Sequence record: SRR20825019_1004
Length of the DNA stretch: 64,000 nucleotides
Direction: 5' to 3' (one strand)
The position numbers and the translations under genes are program-made. The notes beneath the pieces were generated by a model. It saw only the letters and a list, made by a program, of their open reading frames with translations, was not told the DNA's origin and did not search any database. Positions 47,394 to 57,713 of the stretch are shown here, piece after piece (position 1 is the stretch's first letter; each line of letters begins with the position of its first letter).

Positions 47394-48734
47394 GTGGGCG
47401 CGAACAACGATTATAACAGTCCCTCATTCAAAAAACTACTGGACTCCCTTCAACAACAAAGCTGGGAACTTGAGCTTATTATTTCGGGTTTTGCCATCTT
47501 CGGACTGTTCACTGCCTACGAACCTCTTCGCATTGAAACGGTAAATGCTGAGAACCAACAGCAAATTTATCGCTTCGTAGTCTACCTTATCCTTCAAATT
47601 TCGTGTTCCATATTATTGTTCAACCTATTGCTCCACGTAATCCTTCGTGGACTTTGGATTGGGTCTCTTGGGTTGCGGTACGTTTCCGGTGATATAGAAT
47701 TCGAAAAATTGCGCTATTCGGAGCGCTTTACCAAATACCTTCAAAAACGCATCGTCTCTTTTGATCGGTACATTGCCAATCTTGAGAATTACTGTAGCGT
47801 ACTCTTTGCCATTTCGTTCTTATTGATTTTCTATGTGCTGGCCATGACCATGATTATATTGTCCATCGTATTGGTGGCCAATTTTATCCTTGAAAGTGAC
47901 CATTTGCACGAAGGGTTTGCTACTATTCTCGGCACCATTCTGATAGTTTTCATCATAACGGGCATGATCTTGACCTTTATCGACTTTTTAACGCAGGGCT
48001 GGCTCAAAAAGAAAAAATGGATCTCTAGACTTTACTTCCCCATCTATTGGGTTTTCAGTTTTTTGACGCTTTCATTTCTATACAGACCTTTGGTCTATAA
48101 TTTTTTGGACAACCGTTTTGGAAGAAGACTCATTTTACTTTTGGTCCCCATTTACATTGCCATATTAATGATGACCAGTTTGGAGTATCGCAGCTCCAAC
48201 TATCTGGATAAGGACCAACAATCTTCGAGCACTTTTGCCAACAAGGAAAACTATGCCGACATGCTTACGGAGGATGGAGATTTCCCTGGGCACATGGTTA
48301 TTCCTTCCAAGGTGATCAACAAACCATTTTTAACAGTGTTCGTGCCCTTTTCCGAGAATTTGGAAAACCGAATTTTCGCATACAACGATTCCTTGACTCC
48401 GGAAATTGACAGACGGGGATTGTCTACCAGTATGAAGGTCACTACCAATTGGAGCGACCAGATTACCAGTGCACGCCAAAAAGACAGTATACGAAAGATG
48501 TACCTAAGAACCTTTAATGAAACCCATGCTTTCCTAATCGATAGTCTGGATGTGGACGAAGATTTTATCTTGACCACGGGAATCCATAATATCCTTGGAT
48601 TCGAGACCCATCTTAATATTGCTGATCTCGAAGAAGGGAAACACCTTTTAAGGCTTAGACGAAAAAGAAAGGAAAAAGACACCATTAAGACGGTTACAGA
48701 TGTTATCTTACCGTTTTGGTATTTCAAAAACTAA
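47394..48734 (+). CDS. Hypothetical multi-pass membrane protein with C-terminal soluble domain
   Basis: 446 aa, GTG start, about 6 hydrophobic segments, QSWELELIISG motif. Confidence 0.8.
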   Translation: MGANNDYNSPSFKKLLDSLQQQSWELELIISGFAIFGLFTAYEPLRIETVNAENQQQIYRFVVYLILQISCSILLFNLLLHVILRGLWIGSLGLRYVSGDIEFEKLRYSERFTKYLQKRIVSFDRYIANLENYCSVLFAISFLLIFYVLAMTMIILSIVLVANFILESDHLHEGFATILGTILIVFIITGMILTFIDFLTQGWLKKKKWISRLYFPIYWVFSFLTLSFLYRPLVYNFLDNRFGRRLILLLVPIYIAILMMTSLEYRSSNYLDKDQQSSSTFANKENYADMLTEDGDFPGHMVIPSKVINKPFLTVFVPFSENLENRIFAYNDSLTPEIDRRGLSTSMKVTTNWSDQITSARQKDSIRKMYLRTFNETHAFLIDSLDVDEDFILTTGIHNILGFETHLNIADLEEGKHLLRLRRKRKEKDTIKTVTDVILPFWYFKN

Positions 48735-48739
48735 GATTT

Positions 48740-49096
48740 ATGGTCCCATGGCATCTTTACGTAATGGCCGGAATGTATGTGGTTGCAGGTTTAATGCATT
48801 TTATAAAACCCAAAATGTATATGCGCATTATGCCCATGTACCTGCCCAACCATAAGCTTTTGGTGTATTTGAGCGGTATTGCAGAAATTTTACTGGGTAT
48901 AGGTGTCTGCTTCGATGCCACCCGAAAACTGAGCACCTTTGGCATCATTTTAATGTTAGGCGTGTTTTTATCGGTACATTTTTACATGCTTTCTGGTAAA
49001 AAAGCATCCGCTGGAATCCCAAAATGGATATTGGTTCTTCGGATTCCCCTACAATTCTTTTTAATGTATTGGGCGTATTACTATGCCTACATTTAA
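48740..49096 (+). CDS. DoxX/MauE-like small membrane protein
   Basis: AGLMHF, MPMYLP, SGIAEI and RIPLQ motifs; ATG at 48740. Confidence 0.82.
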   Translation: MVPWHLYVMAGMYVVAGLMHFIKPKMYMRIMPMYLPNHKLLVYLSGIAEILLGIGVCFDATRKLSTFGIILMLGVFLSVHFYMLSGKKASAGIPKWILVLRIPLQFFLMYWAYYYAYI

Positions 49097-49503
49097 AAAA
49101 CTCTTCTATCCATATACCTTTTCAGCCAAGGTACCTGTACAAAAAACATAAGTCCTAAAAACAGGAAAGCATACACGGTAACTTTGGAAAAAGTGAAACC
49201 TTTCACCCATCCCCAATCCCCATGGAACCAAGACTCTATGTTCAAGTTTTTGAACCAACCTTGACCATTATCCACTCCCAAATGTGAACCCAATAGAAAC
49301 ACCAAGGCTACAAAAGCAACAAAAGCCAAGGACAAAGTCCTGCCCGAAAGTATGGGTTTGTATTCAAAAACTTGTTGCGGTGCTTCGACCTCTAGTTTTT
49401 GCATCACATTTTTGGTAAAATCAGCAGAAGGGGATTCCAATGGAGCTTCTTCCATTATCCCATCTACAAATGCTTCCAGTTTTTTATCATCCAATTGATC
49501 CAT
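49093..49503 (-). CDS. Putative anti-sigma factor (2 TM)
   Basis: Overlaps the 3' end of the ECF sigma gene; short N-terminal soluble part (PSADFTKNVM) then two TM segments. Confidence 0.7.
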   Translation of the reverse strand: MDQLDDKKLEAFVDGIMEEAPLESPSADFTKNVMQKLEVEAPQQVFEYKPILSGRTLSLAFVAFVALVFLLGSHLGVDNGQGWFKNLNIESWFHGDWGWVKGFTFSKVTVYAFLFLGLMFFVQVPWLKRYMDRRVF

Positions 49504-50074
49504 TGCTCTGCAATATTTCTTTGTTCAAACTCTTTTCCATAATACTGGCCAATCGCTTTCTGGCCCGGAACAACCTCACCTTTAATGTATTCACCGGCAG
49601 GCTGGTTGCTTTTTCCATTTCCAGCAGGTTCTTTTCCTCAAGATAAAACAAAGTAAGTATACCTGCATCCTCTTCCGATAATCTGGACAGACATTGCTCT
49701 ATCAATTGGCTTCGCTCTATCGCTACCATTTTATGAAACGCCGTATCCAGGTCAGCGTAATCTATCTTGTCAGCATGCTCCATATCCAAATGGATTCGTT
49801 GCTTTTTTACTTTTCTTATCTTGTCCAAACAAGTATTATAGGCAATTCTATACACCCAGGTGGACAACTTTGAATCGCCCTTAAACTTAGGCAGGGATTT
49901 GAATATTTTAATGAATACATCTTGCGATACTTCCTCTGCCTCCTCCCGGTTTCCCAACATTCTAACTGAAAGTGTAAAAACCATATCCTTATAGCTATCC
50001 ACCAAATCGGAGAACGCGCGGGTATTTCCCCTGCGTATTTCCGAGATCATTTGATTTTCCTTGTTGGTCAGCAT
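49487..50074 (-). CDS. ECF RNA polymerase sigma factor (SigW/RpoE-like)
   Basis: AEEVSQDVFIK, STWVYRIAYNTCLD and VNTLKVRLFRARKRL motifs. Confidence 0.94.
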   Translation of the reverse strand: MLTNKENQMISEIRRGNTRAFSDLVDSYKDMVFTLSVRMLGNREEAEEVSQDVFIKIFKSLPKFKGDSKLSTWVYRIAYNTCLDKIRKVKKQRIHLDMEHADKIDYADLDTAFHKMVAIERSQLIEQCLSRLSEEDAGILTLFYLEEKNLLEMEKATSLPVNTLKVRLFRARKRLASIMEKSLNKEILQSNGSIG

Positions 50075-50083
50075 TGTTCATTG

Positions 50084-50110
50084 GACGCCAGAAGTACCAG
50101 TTAGGTTACA
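50084..50110 (-). promoter_or_regulatory. Putative autoregulatory ECF promoter (TGTAAC-N17-CGTC)
   Basis: GTTACA at 50105-50110 and GACG at 50084-50087 on the + strand, 9 nt from the sigma ATG. Confidence 0.7.
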
Positions 50111-50134
50111 CAAAAAATAATTTTTATAAAAATA

Positions 50135-50161
50135 TGTAACCTGATCGGAAAAACCGTCGTC
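50135..50161 (+). promoter_or_regulatory. Putative ECF promoter (TGTAAC-N17-CGTC) of the DUF6249 gene
   Basis: Mirror copy of the motif on the opposite strand. Confidence 0.7.
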
Positions 50162-50209
50162 ATAGCTTATGAACAAAAAAATTACAAATAATCATTAAAA
50201 CGAATAGTT

Positions 50210-50563
50210 ATGGGATCAGAAGTAATCATTATTCCAATCATTTTTGGTGTTATCCTTGCCATTGCCTACCTCTATTTTTCAACTAGAAACAAGGAACGAT
50301 TGGCCTTGATCGAGAAGGGGGGCGACGCCAGCATTTTTGTCAGGGGAAAAAGGGGTGGAGCTACTCCACTTGGGAAAATCATTCTCCTCAACCTAGCCTT
50401 ATTGCTTATGGGAATCGGAACGGCCATATTTGTAGCTTCGATATTTGTCCACAGTCTTGGAGTTAAACAAGAGGTTGCTTACCCAGGTACAATTTTCCTA
50501 TTAGCGGGTGTTGGACTGATGGTCGGATTTAACATGACCAACAAATTGGACAAAGAAAATTAA
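50210..50563 (+). CDS. DUF6249-like membrane protein
   Basis: TM segment, RNKERLALIEKG, then two more TM segments; divergent from the ECF sigma. Confidence 0.82.
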   Translation: MGSEVIIIPIIFGVILAIAYLYFSTRNKERLALIEKGGDASIFVRGKRGGATPLGKIILLNLALLLMGIGTAIFVASIFVHSLGVKQEVAYPGTIFLLAGVGLMVGFNMTNKLDKEN

Positions 50564-50589
50564 TTCTTTAAGCTGATTTTAATTGAATG

Positions 50590-50615
50590 ACCACCGCCAC
50601 AAGCGGTGGTTTTTT
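50590..50615 (+). terminator. Intrinsic terminator
   Basis: ACCACCGC-CACAA-GCGGTGGT followed by a T run. Confidence 0.85.
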
Positions 50616-50628
50616 ATAACTTGTCATT

Positions 50629-51261
50629 ATGAAAGTAATCTCGACCAACCTCGGCAAGCCTACCAAAATTGTTTGGAACGGTAAAGAAACCCTCACCGGC
50701 ATCTACAAATACCCAATTGATGAGCCTCTTTATTTAGATAAGGAGGATGTGAAACACGACTCCGTGGTGGACAGGAAACACCATGGTGGCACGTACAAAG
50801 CTTGTTATCTGTTCTCCTCAGACAACTATGCTTATTGGAAAGAGAGATACCCACTGTTAAATTGGAACTGGGGCATGTTTGGCGAAAATTTGACCCTTTA
50901 TGGTTTGGACGAGTCCCAATTAAAGATTGGAAGCATTTATAAATTGGGAACAGCGCTGGTACAGATTACGCAACCTAGGGAGCCCTGTTATAAATTGGGC
51001 ATTCGGTTTAACGATCAAAGTATTTTAAAGCAGTTCATAGACCATGGCCGTCCTGGAACCTACGTACGTGTTCTTGAACCCGGAAAAGTTGTAATGGGCG
51101 ATTCCATGGAACTCGTGAAAGAATCGGAAAACCCTTTGACCATTCAAGCATTCTATACGCTACTTTTTGCCAAAACCAAGGACAAGCAAGTCTTAAAATG
51201 GGCTATAGATAATGAAACTCTCCCGCAGGGCAAAAGGAAAAAGCTTGAGAAATGGGCATAA
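50629..51261 (+). CDS. MOSC domain protein (YiiM-like)
   Basis: TGIYK, HHGG, FGENL and QPREPCYKL motifs. Confidence 0.93.
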   Translation: MKVISTNLGKPTKIVWNGKETLTGIYKYPIDEPLYLDKEDVKHDSVVDRKHHGGTYKACYLFSSDNYAYWKERYPLLNWNWGMFGENLTLYGLDESQLKIGSIYKLGTALVQITQPREPCYKLGIRFNDQSILKQFIDHGRPGTYVRVLEPGKVVMGDSMELVKESENPLTIQAFYTLLFAKTKDKQVLKWAIDNETLPQGKRKKLEKWA

Positions 51262-51284
51262 AAAAAGGGGGCCTCTCGACCCCC
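51260..51284 (-). terminator. Terminator between convergent genes
   Basis: GGGGG...CCCCC stem with an A run on the left. Confidence 0.6.
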
Positions 51285-51311
51285 AATGCACATAAAAATT
51301 AACTAAACAAA

Positions 51312-51689
51312 CTATCTTACTACCACAGTTTCTTTGTAGGTTCCAAATTTGTCAACTACAACAATGGTATATTCATCTTTGAAGGCTTTTTCGAAGTTGA
51401 ATGCTTTTTCAACTACAATGTCACCATCGATAGCTTCGTCAAAAACAAGTCTGTCCTCGCTATCATATACTTTTAAAAGCACCTTTCCCTTGGAAACGTT
51501 CAAAAGGTTCATCATTATTTTCTGACCTTTTTTTACGAATACTGGATCAAGGTTTACTTTTACCAAATTCTTTTCAACTTCGTACTTGGCTACTACTTTT
51601 TTGCCAAAATCGGTTGTGGTTCCGTTTGCCAACCCGATTGCACTTATCAATAGGGCCGCTGCTACTGTTAGGTTCTTTACTAATTTCAT
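51312..51689 (-). CDS. Small secreted beta-rich protein (DUF3244-like; uncertain)
   Basis: Signal peptide MKLVKNLTVAAALLISAIGLA from ATG 51689; -7 box TACATTTG at 51718-51725 (-). Confidence 0.78.
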   Translation of the reverse strand: MKLVKNLTVAAALLISAIGLANGTTTDFGKKVVAKYEVEKNLVKVNLDPVFVKKGQKIMMNLLNVSKGKVLLKVYDSEDRLVFDEAIDGDIVVEKAFNFEKAFKDEYTIVVVDKFGTYKETVVVR

Positions 51690-51902
51690 AACACTTCGTT
51701 TTTTTAAGATTACAGTACAAATGTAGGGTGCAATAGTGCACAGGAATACCACTCCTTTTTCCACTTTATATGCTATATTAACATGGCTGGTGTTTTAACA
51801 TAGTATTAATGATAAAATAGCATAACTTTGAGTTAACATTGTAGATATTTGCATGCTAATTAGTTTTTTAACTTTAGCATACGATAGAAAAAATTGCAGT
51901 AA

Positions 51903-52775
51903 ATGATTCAAAAACCAGCATTTGAGGCAATAGCCCCCAGTTTTGGGCACTCTTTTACGTTTCAAAAGTTTAATGCCAACAACGAAAACAAGAACAATGG
52001 TTGGCACTACCACCCAGAATTGGAGTTGGTATATGTGAACGGAGGGTCTGGTAAAAGGCAAATTGGCAGCCACGTATCCTATTATAGGAACGGTGACCTT
52101 ATATTAATAGGTTCCAATTTGCCACATTGTGGTTTTACGGATAAACTTACAGGTAACAAGAGTGAGACCTTGGTGCAGATGAAAGCGGATTTTTTGGGAA
52201 GTGATTTTTTCAACATTCCCGAAATGAAGAACATCCAGAAATTGTTCGAAGTGGCCAAAGGTGGAATCGCATTCTCTGGTAAGACCAAAATGAAGGTCGG
52301 GGAAAAAATGGAAATTTTGGAATACCAGACAGATTTTCAACGATTGCTCTCCATCCTTAATATATTGAACATTCTGGCAACTTCCACCGAAATCAATGTT
52401 TTGAACGCCGAAGGATTCTCCATGGAGACCGAGGTTAAGGACAACGACCGTATCAATGTGGTTTTTAATCATGTAAAAACAAACTTCAAGGAAGACATTA
52501 GCCTAGAGGAAATTGCAGATTTGGTAAGTATGACGGTCCCCTCCTTCTGTAGGTATTTCAAAAAGATCACCAATAAGACGTTTACACAGTTTGTAAACGA
52601 GTATCGTTTGGTACATGCTTCCAAATTACTGGCCGAGCAGCCCATGAGCATTACCCAAGTGTGTTATGATAGTGGTTTCAATAACTTTTCGCACTTCAAC
52701 AAATCGTTTAAAGCCTTTACGGGACAAAACCCATCGGAGTATAGAAACCAGTTAAAAACTGTTTTACAGTCCTAA
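51903..52775 (+). CDS. AraC family transcriptional regulator with cupin sensor domain
   Basis: WHYHPELEL cupin motif; SFCRYFKK and GFNNFSHFNKSFK HTH motifs. Confidence 0.95.
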   Translation: MIQKPAFEAIAPSFGHSFTFQKFNANNENKNNGWHYHPELELVYVNGGSGKRQIGSHVSYYRNGDLILIGSNLPHCGFTDKLTGNKSETLVQMKADFLGSDFFNIPEMKNIQKLFEVAKGGIAFSGKTKMKVGEKMEILEYQTDFQRLLSILNILNILATSTEINVLNAEGFSMETEVKDNDRINVVFNHVKTNFKEDISLEEIADLVSMTVPSFCRYFKKITNKTFTQFVNEYRLVHASKLLAEQPMSITQVCYDSGFNNFSHFNKSFKAFTGQNPSEYRNQLKTVLQS

Positions 52776-52780
52776 TATTG

Positions 52781-53551
52781 TTAATCGAACAGGTCGTTCA
52801 ATACCTTGGCCAATCGAATACCTCCTTTTTGCAATTGTTGGAAAAGTAAATCATTGTAGTCGTATGAATAGCGATATCCAAGTTTGTCGCCTATTTCTAC
52901 CGAATCGTATAGTTCCGCACAAATAGCATGGGATTCATCAACCCAATCGTATATGGTGCCTCCTTGAATGGCCTTGCGCTTTTTTTTGTCCACATCGCTC
53001 AATTCATAGGCCAGTTCGCTATAGGTCATTCCGTAGGACTCAATCAAATTTTTGTCCCATACCCTATGCAAATTGCTTCCTTCACCAAACCATTGCACTT
53101 GAATATCATTCCCTCCTTTATCCTCTACCCTACTGGCATGCATGGGTTGATGGAGGTCACCTATCAAATGGATGAGCATTTTTAAATGGAATACCCTGTC
53201 CTCTTTGGAATTTTCGTTGTTCTTCACTTTTTGGATACACTCTTCAATGGCCACGACAATATCACCATATTCGCTTTTATCAGAATCGCGGTAACTTGTT
53301 CCCAAAGGATAGTTCACATAATGCCATGCCGAATATTTTGAATAGCTCCGGTCCGCTTTTATATCATCTGCAAAAGTAGAAACGAATGCAAGGCTATGCC
53401 CCTCCAATAAATCGTTCAAGGCTCGTTTGGCCTTTCCTGTTAAATAATTCTGGGCAATTTGCCCCGTAACGCGGTGTCCCGTTTTTCCCCAAATAGTGTT
53501 ACCAAACACCAAAACAGGAAATAAAAGCAATAGAAATAAGGTTTTTTTCAT
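52781..53551 (-). CDS. S1/P1 nuclease
   Basis: Signal peptide; WGKTGH, WHYVN, HLIGDLHQPMH and NLHRVWD motifs. Confidence 0.95.
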   Translation of the reverse strand: MKKTLFLLLLFPVLVFGNTIWGKTGHRVTGQIAQNYLTGKAKRALNDLLEGHSLAFVSTFADDIKADRSYSKYSAWHYVNYPLGTSYRDSDKSEYGDIVVAIEECIQKVKNNENSKEDRVFHLKMLIHLIGDLHQPMHASRVEDKGGNDIQVQWFGEGSNLHRVWDKNLIESYGMTYSELAYELSDVDKKKRKAIQGGTIYDWVDESHAICAELYDSVEIGDKLGYRYSYDYNDLLFQQLQKGGIRLAKVLNDLFD

Positions 53552-53687
53552 TTTTCAACGTCTCTTATATAAAAGCAGTTTGCCCAACTAAGTTTCAGAA
53601 TGTTTTACCAACTAACAATCCATTTCACGATTTTGGGATTTTTTTAACTATAAAGTTACATTTGACATACCAACTAAACTAAAGATC

Positions 53688-55886
53688 ATGATCAAACTAT
53701 ACTTTGCACTTGCTGCATTGCTAGTACCTCTTACATTTTACGCACAAACAAGTTCCAAGGACATCAATGTAAAATTTACAGAAATTCCTTTTAAAATCGA
53801 CGGTATATTGGATGAGCCTCAATGGAATTCCGCAGAAACTACTGATAGCTTTTACCAGTTTTTCCCCGTTGATACCATTCAAGCAGTAAAACAAACCGAG
53901 ATTAGAATGCTCTATAGTGGCACTACCCTGTACATAGGCATCAATTTATTTTCCGATGGTGATGATTATGTAACACCATCACTTAAGCGTGACTATGGGG
54001 CAGGTGGCAACGATAACATCAGTTTAATGTTCGACACCTTCAATGATGGTACCAATGCGTTTCTCTTTGGAATCAACCCTTTTGGAGTACGCCGTGAAGC
54101 CCTAATCTCGGGTGGTGGACAAGGTACAAGTGGGTTTACCATGTCCTGGGACGTTAAATGGCAGGGCGAAACCAAATTGTACGAAGGCTATTACACCTGT
54201 GAAATTGCCATCCCGCTTACCTCGTTCAAATTTAAACAGGGTGAACAAAAATGGCGCTTCAATTCCTATAGGTTCGATATGCAGACCAATGAACAAAGCA
54301 CTTGGGTTAGAATACCCCAGAACCAAAAAATATACAATCTCGCATTTATGGGAGATATGATTTTTGAAAGACCCTTGGGGAAATCCAGGACCCCTATGGC
54401 CCTTATACCTTATGTGAACGGTATTGCGGCCAAAGATTATGAGAAACAAACGGAGCAAAATAACCTTAAAATCGGGGGGGATGCAAAAGTATCCATTGGA
54501 AACGGAATGAATCTGGACATAACAGTAAACCCTGATTTTTCCAACGTAGAAGTGGACAATGTCATCACCAACCTTACCCGTTTTGAGGTATCCCTACCTG
54601 AAAAGCGGCAATTTTTTATAGACAACAGTGACCTTTTTGGGTCTTTTGGTACAGAAGGAGATTATAATCCCTTTTTTTCCAGAAGGATAGGAATTGCCCA
54701 AAATGCACAGGGAGAAACCATAGAAAATGACATAGTGGGCGGTGTAAGGCTTAGCGGTAAATTGAATGAAAATTGGCGCCTAGGGCTAATGAATCTTCAA
54801 ACCGAAAAGGATGAATCCAATGAAATAGCCAGTAATAACAATACAGTATTGGCCCTTCAGAAAAAAATGTTCTCACGTTCCAACCTTAGCTTCATTTTTG
54901 TAAACCGGCAGACCTTTGAGGATTATGATTTTTTGAATGAAGCGGACAGGTACAATCGGGTAGTTGGGCTGGATTACAACCTGGCCAGTGCAGACAATAC
55001 CTGGACAGGCAAGTTTTTCTATCATAAATCCTTTTCGCATGGTGTGGAAAATCGCGATGGAGCTGGTGGAATCAATCTAAAGTATAATTCACGCTTTTTA
55101 AACCTTGGTTTGAGCGGAAACTTTATTGGAAACAACTTTAGGTCCGACCTTGGTTTTGTTCCCAGAAAGGACATCCTACTTTTCAATCCGTCAGCAGAAG
55201 TGATTTTTTATCCAAAAAAAGGAAATTTAAACTCACATGGATTTATAGCCCGACCGGAATTTGTGTGGCGACCAACACTGGATTATCAAAACACGGACTA
55301 TTTTATTTATACCGGTTGGCAGGCACAATTCAAGAGCCAGGAAGAACTCTCCCTCAGACTTTTTAACCGATACACCTATTTAACTGCTTCTTTTGACCCT
55401 ACCCGAACCAACAACGGAACAGAGCTGCCAGGAGGAACTGGATATTATTACACCAGTGGCGAGGTGGAATTTGCAAGCGACAGAAGAAAGGTTTTTTCTT
55501 ATACGCTTGAACCGGGGTATGGTGAATTTTTTAATGGGTCAAGATTGGTTCTAGAGGGCGAGATGAATTTAAGGGTACAGCCCAAAATGAATTTTTCTTT
55601 GGGTTTCAATTACAACAACATTACATTACCAGAGCCCTATGAAAGTGGTGAGATATGGTTGGTAAGTCCCAAAATAGAACTGACCTTCAACAAATCGGTG
55701 TTTTGGTCCACATTGATTCAATATAGCAACCAACTAGACAATTTAGGTTTCAACTCTAGGTTGCAATGGCGATTTGCTCCTCTATCCGATTTGTTCTTGG
55801 TTTACAACGATAATTATTTTGTGAATTCATTTATGCCCCGAAGCCGTTCCATTAACCTGAAATTGACCTATTGGTTGAATATTTAA
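53688..55886 (+). CDS. CBM9-like/DUF5916 outer-membrane protein
   Basis: Signal peptide; IDGILDEPQW, TVNPDFSNVEVD, PEKRQFF and FFSRRIG motifs. Confidence 0.85.
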   Translation: MIKLYFALAALLVPLTFYAQTSSKDINVKFTEIPFKIDGILDEPQWNSAETTDSFYQFFPVDTIQAVKQTEIRMLYSGTTLYIGINLFSDGDDYVTPSLKRDYGAGGNDNISLMFDTFNDGTNAFLFGINPFGVRREALISGGGQGTSGFTMSWDVKWQGETKLYEGYYTCEIAIPLTSFKFKQGEQKWRFNSYRFDMQTNEQSTWVRIPQNQKIYNLAFMGDMIFERPLGKSRTPMALIPYVNGIAAKDYEKQTEQNNLKIGGDAKVSIGNGMNLDITVNPDFSNVEVDNVITNLTRFEVSLPEKRQFFIDNSDLFGSFGTEGDYNPFFSRRIGIAQNAQGETIENDIVGGVRLSGKLNENWRLGLMNLQTEKDESNEIASNNNTVLALQKKMFSRSNLSFIFVNRQTFEDYDFLNEADRYNRVVGLDYNLASADNTWTGKFFYHKSFSHGVENRDGAGGINLKYNSRFLNLGLSGNFIGNNFRSDLGFVPRKDILLFNPSAEVIFYPKKGNLNSHGFIARPEFVWRPTLDYQNTDYFIYTGWQAQFKSQEELSLRLFNRYTYLTASFDPTRTNNGTELPGGTGYYYTSGEVEFASDRRKVFSYTLEPGYGEFFNGSRLVLEGEMNLRVQPKMNFSLGFNYNNITLPEPYESGEIWLVSPKIELTFNKSVFWSTLIQYSNQLDNLGFNSRLQWRFAPLSDLFLVYNDNYFVNSFMPRSRSINLKLTYWLNI

Positions 55887-55909
55887 ACGTTTGTTTACGA
55901 TTCCAAATA

Positions 55910-55943
55910 AAAAAGGCGGTCACATAAATGTGACCGCCTTTTT
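55910..55943. terminator. Bidirectional terminator
   Basis: 16-bp perfect inverted repeat AAAAAGGCGGTCACAT/ATGTGACCGCCTTTTT between convergent genes. Confidence 0.88.
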
Positions 55944-55990
55944 ATATTTTCTTTTTCAAAGCTATAAGGTCAATCGTAGTGTTTAGTATA

Positions 55991-56251
<261 letters not shown>

Positions 56252-56408
56252 TTAAGTCGAAAAGCAATTCTATTTGATTAATATACAAATTGTTAGCAAC
56301 ACATAAAAACATCTAAATCGGATTCAGGCAAAAGAATCTCCCATTTTATCCTACAAACTGTACTACCCCACCTATTTTCCTATATTTGGACTTCTATCTT
56401 AAAAAAAT

Positions 56409-57671
56409 ATGGACCAATTACCTTTTACCCAAGACACCGTAATTTTTGGGCTTCTTTGTCTCTGCTTAGGATTCGTTTTTTATACCTCATCCATTAAAAC
56501 TGGATTTTGGAACAAATTTTATGGTGTAGTGCCTACTGTGCTCATGTGCTATTTGTTGCCCGCTATTTTAGCCAGCTTGGGTATTGTGGACGAATCGGCA
56601 TCCCAAACCTATTATGTGGCAAGTAGGTATTTGTTGCCCGCCGCATTGATACTAATGACGCTTAGCATTGACCTTAAAGCCATCATGAATTTGGGTTCTA
56701 AAGCATTGGTCATGTTTTTAACGGGAACGGTCGGGATAGTGATTGGTGGCCCCATAGCGATATTAATTGTTTCCATATTTTCACCAGAAACCGTTGGAGG
56801 TGTTGGCCCCGATGCTGTTTGGAGAGGATTGGCGACCATAGCAGGCAGTTGGATCGGCGGTGGTGCCAACCAAGCCGCCATGCTGGAAGTCTTCAAATAC
56901 AACCAAGAAAACTATGGGGGCATGGTCCTTATCGACATTGTAGTAGCGAACCTTTGGTTGGCCGTCATTCTTTTGGGAGTGGGCAAAACCGATAAAATAG
57001 ACCGTTGGCTCAAAGCGGACACCTCTTCCATTGAAGAGCTCAAGGTAAAAGTATCTGCCCACACTGAAAAAATTGCTCGGGTCACCACCCTCAAGGACTT
57101 TATCATGATATTGTTCTTCTCTTTTGTTGGCGTTGGGGTTGCCCATTTGGTGGGGCACCACTTTGCCGTCTTTTTACAGGATAATTTCGAAGTCATCCGT
57201 AACCCACAAAAAATATTATCATCCCTTGGGTCAGAATTTCTTTGGATGGTTGTTTTTGCCACCGCCATCGGCATTGGACTGTCTTTTACCAAAGCCAAGG
57301 ATTATGAAGGTGCCGGTGCCAGTAAAATTGGTGGTATGTTCATCTATATTTTGGTAGCCACTATAGGTATGAAGATGGATTTGGGCAAAGTTTTGGACAA
57401 TCCCGGTCTGATTGCAATTGGTTTAATTTGGATTACCATACATGCCGGACTACTTATTTTAGTGGCCAAGCTCATTAAAGCTCCATTCTTTTTCTTGGCC
57501 GTGGGAAGCCAGGCCAATGTAGGGGGAGCTGCCTCCGCACCTGTAGTAGCTGCAGAGTTCCATCCTTCTTTGACATCCGTAGGAATACTTTTGGCCGTTT
57601 TTGGGTACGTTGTAGGTACTGCTGGGGCATATTTATGTGCTTTGTTGATGGAAGTAGCCTCTAATGTTTAA
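56409..57671 (+). CDS. DUF819 family membrane protein
   Basis: GSWIGGGAN and SQANVGGAASAP motifs; about 11 TM segments. Confidence 0.9.
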   Translation: MDQLPFTQDTVIFGLLCLCLGFVFYTSSIKTGFWNKFYGVVPTVLMCYLLPAILASLGIVDESASQTYYVASRYLLPAALILMTLSIDLKAIMNLGSKALVMFLTGTVGIVIGGPIAILIVSIFSPETVGGVGPDAVWRGLATIAGSWIGGGANQAAMLEVFKYNQENYGGMVLIDIVVANLWLAVILLGVGKTDKIDRWLKADTSSIEELKVKVSAHTEKIARVTTLKDFIMILFFSFVGVGVAHLVGHHFAVFLQDNFEVIRNPQKILSSLGSEFLWMVVFATAIGIGLSFTKAKDYEGAGASKIGGMFIYILVATIGMKMDLGKVLDNPGLIAIGLIWITIHAGLLILVAKLIKAPFFFLAVGSQANVGGAASAPVVAAEFHPSLTSVGILLAVFGYVVGTAGAYLCALLMEVASNV

Positions 57672-57713
57672 ATATTTTCAGAAGATTATGCATCTTTGCG
57701 CTGCTAAAATTTT

